A stretch of DNA of 64,000 bases from a virus. This document shows, piece by piece, positions 1 through 9,482 of this stretch (its first letter is position 1; every line of letters begins with the position of its first letter). The DNA lies in IMG/VR virus record IMGVR_UViG_3300028412_000004, positions 61,532 through 125,531 of that record. One strand, 5' to 3'. The notes under the pieces were generated by a model. The model saw nothing but the letters and a program-made list of their open reading frames with translations. It was not told the DNA's origin and searched no databases. The translations under genes were made by a program, and so were the position numbers.

Positions 1-2
1 GT

Positions 3-284
3 TTCGCAGTAGATCCGGAAGGGGTTAAGAACCGCGTGACAGTCATTATAATTAAACAAGGTAGCAACCTTAACATCGACCAGTATCGTGCAGACTGTGT
101 TGCTGCTGGTAAGGAACTTGTTAAGAACGCTTCTTTCGATGCGCGGGCTTCTGTGCTTGCAGAAGCCTACGCGCAGTATCAACTTTCAGCAATTACAGAT
201 ATCGAAAATATAAAAGGCGCGTCTATAGATGAAGCTCAAAGGCTAGTATTTATCGGACATAACGCTCACTGTATTTTCGGTTGA
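3..284 (+). CDS. Hypothetical head-region protein, 5'-truncated by the window edge
   Basis: The frame of the 36..284 ORF stays open back to base 3 (FAVDPEGVKNRV...). It carries KNAS/KGAS motifs like the neighbouring head genes. Confidence 0.6.
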   Translation, partial: FAVDPEGVKNRVTVIIIKQGSNLNIDQYRADCVAAGKELVKNASFDARASVLAEAYAQYQLSAITDIENIKGASIDEAQRLVFIGHNAHCIFG

Positions 285-331
285 CAGTTTTTATAATCAC
301 CAGCAAAGTTAATCCACAACCAATAAACACC

Positions 332-1453
332 ATGCCAAGAAAATACGAAGACATCACAAAGAGAGTAGCCGACATTCAGACTAAACGAGCTTCGGCTGCT
401 AAGTCTGCTTCGGAGACTCCTGACGCAACCGACCCTACTGAAAAAGGAACGGTTACTCCTCCTAACCACCCTGATGGTGACAGCGCTGCGAAGAAGAATC
501 TTCCAGAAGGCACTGCCAACACTAAGGGCGATACCGCGCTTCCCGCAGGCACGACCACCAACCCATCTGGACACGGTGAGAATGTGCCGGGAGATGTTTG
601 CAGTGGGGATGCTAAGGACGTGCAGGCTACTAAGCCCAACGACCCAATTTCAAAAATCGCCGGTATTCTAGGACGCATTAATAAGCTCCGTGATACTGAT
701 GCCGATGCTAAGCAAGCTGGCGCACCTGCTTCCAAGACAGAACGTGAGTCTGAGGGTTCGCAACTCTCTTACGAGGTTCGCGTCAAGCTCGCCAATGAGA
801 TCTGCGCTTCTGAGGATGGCATGCTATTAGCAGAGCAAATTCTTAAACAAGCGTCCGGACGGGATGCCGCTCTTGAACTGATTAAGTCAGCGCACGAAGA
901 ATACGGTGCGCATCTGCAGCACATCCACCAAGAGGACGAGCAACAAAAGCAGGCGTCGCAAGAAATGGAAGCCTTGAATGGTTACTACGACGAGCTGACC
1001 AAGAATGCTTCTGAGGAGGATATGCAGAAGATCGCCAAGTTTCAGAAAGTTCACTCTGCTGTAATTGACTCGCTCGAATACGACTTCGAGAAACAAGCTT
1101 ACTTCAAATCCGCCATGGATGCCGCAGCCATGGAAGACGCTATGGTCGCAGGTGCTGCTCCTGAAGAAGCAATGATTCCTGAAGGTGGCGAAGAGCCCCT
1201 TTCTCCGGAAGCCATCATTGAACTTCTGGAAGCGCTTGTAGCATCTGGGCAGATGGATGAGGCGACTGCAGCCGCAGTAGCAGCTGAGATTCTCGGAGGT
1301 GGTGAAATGCTGCCTCCTGAAGCAGGTATGGAAGCAATGCCTCCTGAAGCAGGTATGGAAGCAATGCCTCCTGAAGCAGGTATGGAAGCAATGCCTGAGG
1401 AAGTTAAGGCTGCCAACGTAATCCTCGCAGAGCTAGAAGCGGAGAGTAAGTAA
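332..1453 (+). CDS. Probable prohead scaffolding or internal head protein
   Basis: ATG at 332 (MPRKYED) is preferred over the track start at 281. Acidic, low-complexity and helical, rich in KxAS motifs, upstream of the capsid gene. Confidence 0.5.
   Translation: MPRKYEDITKRVADIQTKRASAAKSASETPDATDPTEKGTVTPPNHPDGDSAAKKNLPEGTANTKGDTALPAGTTTNPSGHGENVPGDVCSGDAKDVQATKPNDPISKIAGILGRINKLRDTDADAKQAGAPASKTERESEGSQLSYEVRVKLANEICASEDGMLLAEQILKQASGRDAALELIKSAHEEYGAHLQHIHQEDEQQKQASQEMEALNGYYDELTKNASEEDMQKIAKFQKVHSAVIDSLEYDFEKQAYFKSAMDAAAMEDAMVAGAAPEEAMIPEGGEEPLSPEAIIELLEALVASGQMDEATAAAVAAEILGGGEMLPPEAGMEAMPPEAGMEAMPPEAGMEAMPEEVKAANVILAELEAESK
1311..1398 (+). repeat. Three exact 27-nt tandem repeats encoding (PPEAGMEAM)x3
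   Basis: TGCCTCCTGAAGCAGGTATGGAAGCAA at 1311, 1338 and 1365, then a partial copy. Confidence 0.95.
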
Positions 1454-1488
1454 GCTCCGCTGCATCATCCCCGCACCGATTTATAATC

Positions 1489-1944
1489 ATGGCCAAAAAA
1501 GATACATACAAGAAAGCTGAAGTAGATCCTATTTTACAGGAAACTATGGAAGCGACGCAAGTACTCCTGGAGGACAACCAAAAGCAAGCGCAAGAGATTG
1601 AAGCCCACAAGGCTAGAATCTTAGAGCTTGAAAAGGCTTCCAATGTCTCGGAGGAAAGTAAGATCAACTTGGAAAAGGTAGCAGGCACAGACGGTCCAAA
1701 ACTGGACATGAGCCTGGTCAACAACCTTGTGGATCAATTGGCCGACCTGGGCTTCGTTGAGACGAGCAAAAGTGCTCGCGAGGAGCTTATAAATCACATC
1801 AAGGAAGACCCTTCAACTCACGCGCTGAAGCTCGCTTCACGCGTTATAAAACTTTCTTCTCCAGCCCCGGACTCGGGGTTTGGCGTTGAGAAATCGGCAT
1901 CGGCGCCCGAAACGGAAAATTCAGACTGGCAAGAATGGATCTAA
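1489..1944 (+). CDS. Coiled-coil head-assembly protein (scaffold-like)
   Basis: 151 aa with a heptad-like N-half, several KxAS-type motifs and a WQEWI C-terminus; position in the head cluster. Confidence 0.45.
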   Translation: MAKKDTYKKAEVDPILQETMEATQVLLEDNQKQAQEIEAHKARILELEKASNVSEESKINLEKVAGTDGPKLDMSLVNNLVDQLADLGFVETSKSAREELINHIKEDPSTHALKLASRVIKLSSPAPDSGFGVEKSASAPETENSDWQEWI

Positions 1945-1991
1945 GTTACGCAACCGGTGATTTACACTAACAAAACAACACAGGACTAGTT

Positions 1992-2549
1992 ATGCCAACA
2001 TACGGTACAATACAGAGGGTAAACCCCTCGAAACCACGGCTGGAAGTTCTCAGAGGGTTTAATCCCAATGAGCCTTTTCAGCAGTCGGCTACGCACCCTG
2101 TCCAAGATGATGTTAACATCGCGAGCGGACAACTCATCGTGTTAGTCGGGGAAGAACTTTCCCCTACTGGATACGAATGGATTGTTTGCCCGACTGATTA
2201 CTCTGGAGGCGCGGTATACGTGGCTCAAAAGGATTCAGAAGATGAAGACATTTTATCTGCTGGCAATATGTCCGGGCTCTCATGCGCCGGCCAATACGAA
2301 TTAGAAATGGCTTTCTTTGATGGAGCTGCAACTGACTACACAGAAAGCGTCTACCTGACGCCTTCCGACACAGTTGCAGGTAACGTTATGCCTATAGCAG
2401 CAGCAGCAACCACCAATTTCCCGGCGGCTGCAGAAACTGTAATCGGTCAGATCACCCGCAAGGCTGGCAGCACCGATGGTATCAACTCCAACGTAGCCCC
2501 TACGGACGTCATCACGTGGCGTACAGTGTTCATCCCTCGCACAGCGTAA
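1992..2549 (+). CDS. Probable capsid decoration (cement) protein
   Basis: 185-aa beta-rich protein directly upstream of the major capsid gene, the usual position for decoration proteins. Confidence 0.5.
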   Translation: MPTYGTIQRVNPSKPRLEVLRGFNPNEPFQQSATHPVQDDVNIASGQLIVLVGEELSPTGYEWIVCPTDYSGGAVYVAQKDSEDEDILSAGNMSGLSCAGQYELEMAFFDGAATDYTESVYLTPSDTVAGNVMPIAAAATTNFPAAAETVIGQITRKAGSTDGINSNVAPTDVITWRTVFIPRTA

Positions 2550-2578
2550 GCTAGTGCTACAACACAAGGAATAACATT

Positions 2579-3526
2579 ATGTCACAAGAAGAACCACAAA
2601 TCGAAAACGTGGAAGTACTGAATCGCGAACTTCTAGACTCCATCCGGCAAGCTCCGGACGGCGTCCTTACGAAGCAAGCCTCGGCAGCAACGAATATGAT
2701 CCGCCGCAAAATCCGTGAGAACGGGTTCAGCCGGGTTATTATTCCGCACAAAACCGTGTCCGATGACGACCTCTCGTATCTCCCGAATACCGAGCTCCCT
2801 GTAGTAGTTGAAGAAATGGAACCAGAATCTACTGGTGCAAAATCCATCTCCTTCAACGACTCCGCGGATACTCGTTTCTACCGTAGTGATAAGTTCGTCG
2901 TTATCTTTAACAAGATCACGACAGACGAATACACCAAGAATGTTGATGAGCTGCGTTCCTACAAGGGCGATCTCCGAGGCGTTGTCACCGACAATGCCCT
3001 TAAGGAAATCCAAACCGAAGAGGACCGCGCATTCATCAGCACCGTCGATCGTCTCGTCGGTACTATTGACACTGCTGATGGCGCCACTGGCGGTATTCAA
3101 CACCATGGTATCGCAGGCGGTATTACCCGGTCATCCTACGTTGATTCGATCTCCTTCTTAGAGGACCGCGATCTCATCAACGGTATTTTCCTCATGAACC
3201 GTAAGACCGCGAAAGCGTTCCTTAAGTTCAAGCGGGACGAAATCGGGGGTGACCTGTCTCAGTCATTGTTCACTGATGGTCTAAGCTCTCTCTCCGAGGG
3301 TAAGGTCATGAGTGTGCGTCACATCTTCACCATCAAGGGTGATTTAGTTCCAAACGATGTTGTTTACCAATTCGCGGAACCAAACTACCTTGGACGTGCT
3401 TACATTCTTCAGAATGTAACCATGTATGTAGAGAAGAAGAAGGACATCCTTCGATTCTCCGCCATGGAAAAGATCGGCGTAACCATTGCCAACGTGGCAG
3501 CGGTTAACAAGGTCGACTTCAGCTAA
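2579..3526 (+). CDS. Major capsid protein (HK97/encapsulin-like fold)
   Basis: 315 aa with capsid-like segments (NALKEIQTEEDRAFISTVD, IFLMNRKT, MEKIGVTIANVAAV). Followed by a strong terminator and then neck and tail genes. Confidence 0.8.
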   Translation: MSQEEPQIENVEVLNRELLDSIRQAPDGVLTKQASAATNMIRRKIRENGFSRVIIPHKTVSDDDLSYLPNTELPVVVEEMEPESTGAKSISFNDSADTRFYRSDKFVVIFNKITTDEYTKNVDELRSYKGDLRGVVTDNALKEIQTEEDRAFISTVDRLVGTIDTADGATGGIQHHGIAGGITRSSYVDSISFLEDRDLINGIFLMNRKTAKAFLKFKRDEIGGDLSQSLFTDGLSSLSEGKVMSVRHIFTIKGDLVPNDVVYQFAEPNYLGRAYILQNVTMYVEKKKDILRFSAMEKIGVTIANVAAVNKVDFS

Positions 3527-3549
3527 GCGATAGTCTAAAACCACATTCC

Positions 3550-3586
3550 AAAGGCCGCTCCTTCACCGGGGCGGCCTTTTCATTTT
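3550..3586 (+). terminator. Rho-independent terminator after the capsid gene
   Basis: AAAGGCCGCTCC-ttcacc-GGGGCGGCCTTT stem-loop followed by TCATTTT. Confidence 0.85.
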
Positions 3587-3627
3587 CACACTTGCTCTAG
3601 CGGCTATGTGAGTCGTATTATCTCCCT

Positions 3628-4638
3628 ATGATTACACAGGATGGAAACTTTATCACAGGGTTCGTCAAACAATGCTTTGATGCAGGTCTCTCGGAAGACG
3701 AGACCACTCTTCTTTACGATGCTGCCGTGTGGCGTGAAGACTTGAAGGATCCTGACTTCAACAAAGGCTTCAAACAAGCCAGCGAGGACGGCGGGTTGAA
3801 TCCATTCTCCGTCATGAGCCCTACAGCCAAAGGTGTAGGCGGTGCAGGCGCGGGTGCGGCAATAGGCACTGGTATAGGCGGTTTAATCGCCCTTAGTAAA
3901 GGTAAATTAGGATTAGGCAAGCGTCTGCTAGGGTTCGGTGCTTCTGCCGGCGCGGCTGGTGGTGTTACGGGCGGAATTGTAGGCTCCACCTTGGGAAAAG
4001 GCGGGAAGAAACCCGAAGAATGGGTACCAGACTACCTCGTTCCCGGCATGTCGGACGTTAAGTCGCATACCGGCGGCGGAGGCAACGTCTTTGATAGTAT
4101 GTCTGGTTACGCCGATATAGGCGGAGCTGCAACGGCAGCTGCAACGACATCTGGTAACGCCGTACAACCTGTATTGTATGGACGCCAACTTACGCAAGAG
4201 CTGAGTTCTCTCGAGAAACAAATGGCTTCCTTAGAGGCTGGTATGTCCTCCGGGGAAGGTTTGTCGGGCGCTTTATCTAACCGCCGCATCCAGTCACAGC
4301 TGGACGCTTTAGAGAATAGACGATCCAAGCTTATGCGTGGAATAGGTGACACTTACAATGGAGTCCGCCAAGACCAAGCCAGATCCGCCAAGACGATAGC
4401 CGCAAGACTGGCCGCGGTAGAGGGAGAGATCGAAAGTAGGTCTGGTCGCGCTGGAGATATTGCAGCCTGGCTGGAAGCAACACGTAGTGGTACTCCAGGA
4501 GACCTCCCAGGACGTCTCTGGAACAAGGTGGTCGGAGCTGAACAGACTGCTTCTAATCTCAGTTACGAAATGCAGCGGCTTCAGGAGGAACGTAAAAGAC
4601 TTCTCGCCCTTCAAAGTCGTGTAGGTGGTATGCTCTAA
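3628..4638 (+). CDS. Putative internal virion or ejection protein with glycine zippers
   Basis: Hydrophobic GxxxG-rich segments (GGAGAGAAIGTGIGG; GAAGGVTGGIVG), a coiled-coil C-half and a KQAS motif. Confidence 0.4.
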   Translation: MITQDGNFITGFVKQCFDAGLSEDETTLLYDAAVWREDLKDPDFNKGFKQASEDGGLNPFSVMSPTAKGVGGAGAGAAIGTGIGGLIALSKGKLGLGKRLLGFGASAGAAGGVTGGIVGSTLGKGGKKPEEWVPDYLVPGMSDVKSHTGGGGNVFDSMSGYADIGGAATAAATTSGNAVQPVLYGRQLTQELSSLEKQMASLEAGMSSGEGLSGALSNRRIQSQLDALENRRSKLMRGIGDTYNGVRQDQARSAKTIAARLAAVEGEIESRSGRAGDIAAWLEATRSGTPGDLPGRLWNKVVGAEQTASNLSYEMQRLQEERKRLLALQSRVGGML

Positions 4639-4639
4639 T

Positions 4640-5344
4640 ATGTCATTTAAACAAGGCACATTCACTATACCGCCCAACGCGGTGAATCCAGTAACAGTCC
4701 CGTTCAACTATAATTTCGGGACAGCTCCTGAGCTTGTACTGGTTTCGATAACTTCAACACTGGCAAACCCTGCTGCTATTACCGCGGTGGTAGGGACCAT
4801 CGTTGCAACGGACTTCGAGGTAACTCTGTCCACACCGCCTGTGGTTACTGGTTACAGCATCAACTGGATTGCAGGGTCTCAGGCTGAGGTGGTGAACGCG
4901 TTAAGCGTATCTCGAAAACCAGTCAAGCTCACATATCTCACCGTAGAAGAAATGCGCATGTTTCTACTGGATAACAGCGCAGAGGACAACTCCCTGGACA
5001 TGGACCTGTCTTTCTCGGACGACGAGATTGCTTACTCCATGAGGCGCGCGGCCCGCGAGTATAACTCAACTCCACCGTTCGTTGGACGTGTAGATCCTAA
5101 CAGCCTGCCGATTGATACAAACCTTTTCCTACACGCGACAGCAGAGCAGCTTTACATTTCTGAACTGGCTCGATCGAAGCGTAACGACATGGACTACACC
5201 GCCGGCGGTGTAACTGTTAACATAGAGGCGAAACGCATCAAGCACTTTGAAGGTCTTGTCGCATACCACCGGGAACAGTGGAAGGATACTGCCACCAAGA
5301 TCAAGGTCTCAGCCAATCTGGCAAAAGCGTATCGTAAATTTTAG
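4640..5344 (+). CDS. Head-tail adaptor (neck) protein with an N-terminal beta domain
   Basis: ATG at 4640. The helical C-half (FSDDEIAYSMRRAAREYN...YTAGGVTV) resembles connector proteins; position after the head genes. Confidence 0.6.
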   Translation: MSFKQGTFTIPPNAVNPVTVPFNYNFGTAPELVLVSITSTLANPAAITAVVGTIVATDFEVTLSTPPVVTGYSINWIAGSQAEVVNALSVSRKPVKLTYLTVEEMRMFLLDNSAEDNSLDMDLSFSDDEIAYSMRRAAREYNSTPPFVGRVDPNSLPIDTNLFLHATAEQLYISELARSKRNDMDYTAGGVTVNIEAKRIKHFEGLVAYHREQWKDTATKIKVSANLAKAYRKF

Positions 5345-6175
5345 ATGAGTGTGTTCCGCAACATTACTGTACAGCCCTCCTATGGTAAACGAGCTGTGCT
5401 GCTTACTTGGGACGTTGCGCCAGATTACCAGACCGGCGACTTCTTCATATTCAAATCCCCGGACGGTTCCGGCGGGTGGGAACTTGTAAACTCGACGCCT
5501 GTAAGTGGAACTTCCTACGAGGTCGCAGACTTCGTAATACAGAACTTAAGCACCATCCCACACTTCCGAATTCTTTTAGAGTTTGAAGGGAATAGCTACG
5601 ACAGTCCCACCGTCGGCATCTTCGACGATATGACAAGGCGGGAGTATGCTGCTATGACGCAGATCATGCGTAGGGAATACCTTGGCGTGAGCCGGGGAAA
5701 TGGTATGCGTGTTCTTCACTACACTCCCAAAACTAAAGGAGAGCTTTGCGATAGTTCGGATCCCGACACAGGTCAAATCGTAGGTACCGACTGTCCGCCA
5801 GTTGATCCGGAAGAAGAATGCTTTGGCCAGAGGTATAAGGGAGGCTTCCGCACGCCGTATTACACTTGGTGTCGCTTGGACGAGACAGGCCCTACCATAA
5901 CAATGGATTACAAGGAGGGCCTGGGTGCCGTCGACGAATTCATGTCTCGGGCAAGATTTCTAGCGTTCCCACACCCTCGTAAAAACGACCTTATTGTAAA
6001 CCCGCGTACGGATGATCGCTACGCGGTCTCACCAATCGTAAAGCCCTATAAATTCAGAGGCTTGTTCCCTATTGCTTACGACGTGCAGTTAGAATTACTT
6101 CCTCGCAGCGATGTCCGCTACAGGGTCCCTATCCCGGACCCACTACCTGAATTAACGCCGACCGTATACCTATGA
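5345..6175 (+). CDS. Head-closure / neck protein
   Basis: Synteny between adaptor and tail completion genes; C...C...CFG.xY.GG pattern seen in myophage neck proteins. Confidence 0.55.
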   Translation: MSVFRNITVQPSYGKRAVLLTWDVAPDYQTGDFFIFKSPDGSGGWELVNSTPVSGTSYEVADFVIQNLSTIPHFRILLEFEGNSYDSPTVGIFDDMTRREYAAMTQIMRREYLGVSRGNGMRVLHYTPKTKGELCDSSDPDTGQIVGTDCPPVDPEEECFGQRYKGGFRTPYYTWCRLDETGPTITMDYKEGLGAVDEFMSRARFLAFPHPRKNDLIVNPRTDDRYAVSPIVKPYKFRGLFPIAYDVQLELLPRSDVRYRVPIPDPLPELTPTVYL

Positions 6176-6813
6176 GTGCTAGATTATCAGCTAAAGAATT
6201 TTTCGGAAACTGTGTCGATAAACCTTTGGATATGGTGATGCTTCGTCGTGTATTCCTTTTACACATGCGTATCCATTGGAGCGCTGGTGAAAACCACTAC
6301 CAGGATGATGCTGATTTTTCTTGCTTAGAATATTCCGACGACGCAACGAAGTCTAAGTTGGCTGTGGAACTCACCGACATTCTAAACGAGGATGACACCG
6401 ACAACTTCCCAGGAGTATTCGTCGGATTCAAAGGTGGCTACAAACTGCGTAAGAACATGCTCGACTACTCATCTAATTTGTCTGAGGATAATTCCAAGAC
6501 TTCTAAGAATGTTCAGTGGCGGGGAACATTGGCTATATCACACATACACAAATCCTCCGACACAGCCCTCGCGATGGCTGATTCTAGTTTCGTGTTTCTT
6601 ATGGCTGTGCGCGAGACGTTGATGGATCACTTCCCTATTGGTGTAATGGATTTCGAGGGTGTAACAGACCCGCAAAAATTGGATCCTAAGAAATCCAACA
6701 GCTTTTTCAAGGTTGACCTGTTGGTGAGCGTAGAGTTTACTGCAACCGTAAATATCAGCCTCGAAGGACACAGACTTAAAACCTATGGTATAGAGTTATC
6801 GCCAACCTCCTAA
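6172..6813 (+). CDS. Tail completion / terminator protein
   Basis: 213-aa ORF immediately before the sheath gene; call rests mainly on synteny. Confidence 0.5.
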   Translation: MSARLSAKEFFGNCVDKPLDMVMLRRVFLLHMRIHWSAGENHYQDDADFSCLEYSDDATKSKLAVELTDILNEDDTDNFPGVFVGFKGGYKLRKNMLDYSSNLSEDNSKTSKNVQWRGTLAISHIHKSSDTALAMADSSFVFLMAVRETLMDHFPIGVMDFEGVTDPQKLDPKKSNSFFKVDLLVSVEFTATVNISLEGHRLKTYGIELSPTS

Positions 6814-6855
6814 TCTTCACTTGACCAAACCAAACACCACATACATCCTAATATT

Positions 6856-8937
6856 ATGAGCATCGCAAATTACGTAAGACCTCAGCTGACCATTAAGCAG
6901 CTTTTAGACCGCACTCCGGACACTGTAGGGGATCACTTGAACACCCTTTTAATTGGGGCTGAGTACTTCCTTAACATTTACGACGAGCTGGACATTCCTG
7001 GAGTGACTTTTGCAGCTGAGTCGGCAAGTCAAACTTTGGATTTTACATATTTCGACGAGCTTAAAACCACTCAAGAGTTGGATCACGGCGACTACACAGT
7101 CGACGAGGATTCTATCAGAGTGTTTGCAGAAGACTTGGAGGCTGTCGTAGCCACGTTCCTAGCGGACGGCACGACCGCAGGTAACCAATTCACAGTTCCC
7201 GGAGACTTATCTGTTCTTAATTTGACAGAAGTTGGCGCAGGCGATGTCGCTCCTTATGTGCGTGGGGCCTCTCTGGCCGGAGAGCTTGACGGACGCAATG
7301 TCTCTCTCGGAGACAGCGTGCGTATCACAGACGCTGATGGTGTTAAGCGTGTACGTACAGTTGTAGGATTCGCATCCGCGACGGTCGACGCGCAGGAACT
7401 CAATCAGATCATATTAAGCGGTCCAGCGGTCGGCGCGGGACACCTGCCTGCTGACAAAGTACTTGTTGATATCTTCCTTAAGTGGAGCGGCGAACTTACA
7501 GACTTCTCCCTCGAAGATCCAATCACAGGGGGTGTCACACTTGCCTCCGGACAATCTCTAAATGTTGTCGACAAAACAACTACTACAGTAGTTTTCTCGG
7601 ACAACGTTGGTAAGGTTTACCTAAGCTATCGTGCTCTCGAAGAGCCCGCCTCCGGTGAAGGAATCCTTGAAATAAAATCAGTTACAGACATCTTCAATCA
7701 ACTAGGGAGAATTTCCCTTTACAACGATCTGGCCTTTGCAGCCAATGAGGCTCTCAACGGCTCGCAAGGCAAACCTATCAAAGTACTTAAAGTAGCCTCC
7801 GATGACCTTGATGGCTTTCTTGAAGTTCTTCCGAAGATCGAAACCACGGATATGGTTTATGCCATTGCAGCTATCACGACCAATACGGACGCGATCGAAG
7901 CAGTTGTAAATCACGCAGAGGTAATGTCCAGTGAGGTTAACAAGAAGTTCCGCCGAGTTTACTTCGGCACTGACAGTCCTGGTGATTACCTTAAAGCTAC
8001 GAAGGACACCAGCGGATCCCCGATTCTAGTAACTATCGGAGCAGCTGGAGGTTCCGGGATTATAACACAGGTGACCACCACCAGCGCGGGAATCAACTTC
8101 CTCTCGCTTGGGTTAGTTGATGGAGACTTCCTTATGGTAGGCGGGACCAAGCATATCGTTGAGGAAGTTATCGACGCTACCACACTGCTGCTTAAGACAG
8201 CCACAGCGGCTGTAACCGACGTGAGTGCGGAGATCTGGAAGGCTGACACCCCTAGGAGTCAAATTGAATACGTAGCGGATATTTCAAAAGGTATCGCCAG
8301 CCGGCGCGCCGCTAACATATGGACCGAGGGCGGCACACGCATACTCGGCGGAGAGACTACCTCCATACCTAACAGGTTCCTCGCCGCTGAGATTGCCGGA
8401 CTTCGCTCCGCGCTGTTGCCGCAACAAGGCCTCACACGCACAGAAATCACCGCGATCACCGATGCCCCGGACATGTATATCCGTTACACCCCTACCATGC
8501 TCGACGATCTCGCTGCAGAGGGTGTGTTCATCGTAACGCAGGAAGTAGAGAACGGTGACGTATTCATCAGACACCAGCTCACCACTGACGTATCCAGTGG
8601 AAGCCTCTACTACGAGGACAGCGTCGGAACAAACATCGACAACATCTCCTATATCATTAAGGACACCCTTGATGGCTACATCGGAAGACGCAACGTCAAC
8701 AGGGCGACTTTAGTCGAGATTCGTGGCAATATGTATGAGATACTTAAGAGTCAGACTCTTGCAGATGCAGGCTTCGACAGGTCAATCGGTCCAGCCCTTA
8801 TAGGCTTTGACAATCTTGTGGTAGAAGCTGACGACGTTCTTAAGGACCGTATTAAGGTCTTTGCACGCGGGCTTATACCACTTCCACTCAACAACATCGC
8901 GGCGGCCCTTCAAGGTGCTGTAGATGTGAACATTTAA
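6856..8937 (+). CDS. Contractile tail sheath protein
   Basis: 693 aa with a sheath-type C-terminal domain (LAAEIAGL...QGLT, GVFIVTQ, IRHQLTT, NIDNISY..YIGRRN), followed by a tube-sized gene. Confidence 0.85.
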   Translation: MSIANYVRPQLTIKQLLDRTPDTVGDHLNTLLIGAEYFLNIYDELDIPGVTFAAESASQTLDFTYFDELKTTQELDHGDYTVDEDSIRVFAEDLEAVVATFLADGTTAGNQFTVPGDLSVLNLTEVGAGDVAPYVRGASLAGELDGRNVSLGDSVRITDADGVKRVRTVVGFASATVDAQELNQIILSGPAVGAGHLPADKVLVDIFLKWSGELTDFSLEDPITGGVTLASGQSLNVVDKTTTTVVFSDNVGKVYLSYRALEEPASGEGILEIKSVTDIFNQLGRISLYNDLAFAANEALNGSQGKPIKVLKVASDDLDGFLEVLPKIETTDMVYAIAAITTNTDAIEAVVNHAEVMSSEVNKKFRRVYFGTDSPGDYLKATKDTSGSPILVTIGAAGGSGIITQVTTTSAGINFLSLGLVDGDFLMVGGTKHIVEEVIDATTLLLKTATAAVTDVSAEIWKADTPRSQIEYVADISKGIASRRAANIWTEGGTRILGGETTSIPNRFLAAEIAGLRSALLPQQGLTRTEITAITDAPDMYIRYTPTMLDDLAAEGVFIVTQEVENGDVFIRHQLTTDVSSGSLYYEDSVGTNIDNISYIIKDTLDGYIGRRNVNRATLVEIRGNMYEILKSQTLADAGFDRSIGPALIGFDNLVVEADDVLKDRIKVFARGLIPLPLNNIAAALQGAVDVNI

Positions 8938-8957
8938 CAACTAGAGGATAAAACACT

Positions 8958-9404
8958 ATGACAAAAAATATATACGGATACGAGAGAACTGAAAAATCGG
9001 ACCCTGGTCAGATTGTTAGCTCTGACCACGCTCTTATCGACGTCGGAGGGGTTGTAGGCCTTGTGCAAAGCGTCACCGGCAACTACTCGCACAGAGTTGA
9101 ACCTAAGTTCGAAGCCGGATCCCCCAACCTCTATTGGGTAACGGGGCAAGCCAGCGGAACTATCGAGATAGGACGACTCCTCGGCGCAGGAAATTTCGAA
9201 GGCGGCCTGAGTCTAGGAGACGGGTGTGGTGTAATCTCCCCCATAACCATATCTATGGACGGCGGTTCCTGTGTGAAAGCTGGTGAATCGCAGACGATCG
9301 TATTCAGTGGAGCTGTCGTACAGTCTTACACGCTCGCCTTCAGTGTGGGTAATCTAGAAGTTACAGAAGGTTTGCGCATCATGATCGCCGAACTCGCGAG
9401 ATAA
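8958..9404 (+). CDS. Tail tube protein
   Basis: 148-aa beta protein directly after the sheath gene. Confidence 0.75.
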   Translation: MTKNIYGYERTEKSDPGQIVSSDHALIDVGGVVGLVQSVTGNYSHRVEPKFEAGSPNLYWVTGQASGTIEIGRLLGAGNFEGGLSLGDGCGVISPITISMDGGSCVKAGESQTIVFSGAVVQSYTLAFSVGNLEVTEGLRIMIAELAR

Positions 9405-9436
9405 AAAGACGTCCCTGAGTTAGGACTTGCATCATC

Positions 9437-9472
9437 GCAGCGCTACGGATTATCGTAGCGCTGCATTTGTTT
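9437..9472 (+). terminator. Probable Rho-independent terminator after the tube gene
   Basis: Perfect 11-bp stem GCAGCGCTACG-gattat-CGTAGCGCTGC followed by ATTTGTTT. Confidence 0.75.
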
Positions 9473-9482
9473 ACGCACACAT

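Noticed and set aside
3589-3625. Shared ACTTG-led promoter motif in several intergenic regions (about 3591, 6820, 9425, 38185)
   Set aside because: Spacing to a -10-like element is inconsistent and the motif is too short to support by eye.
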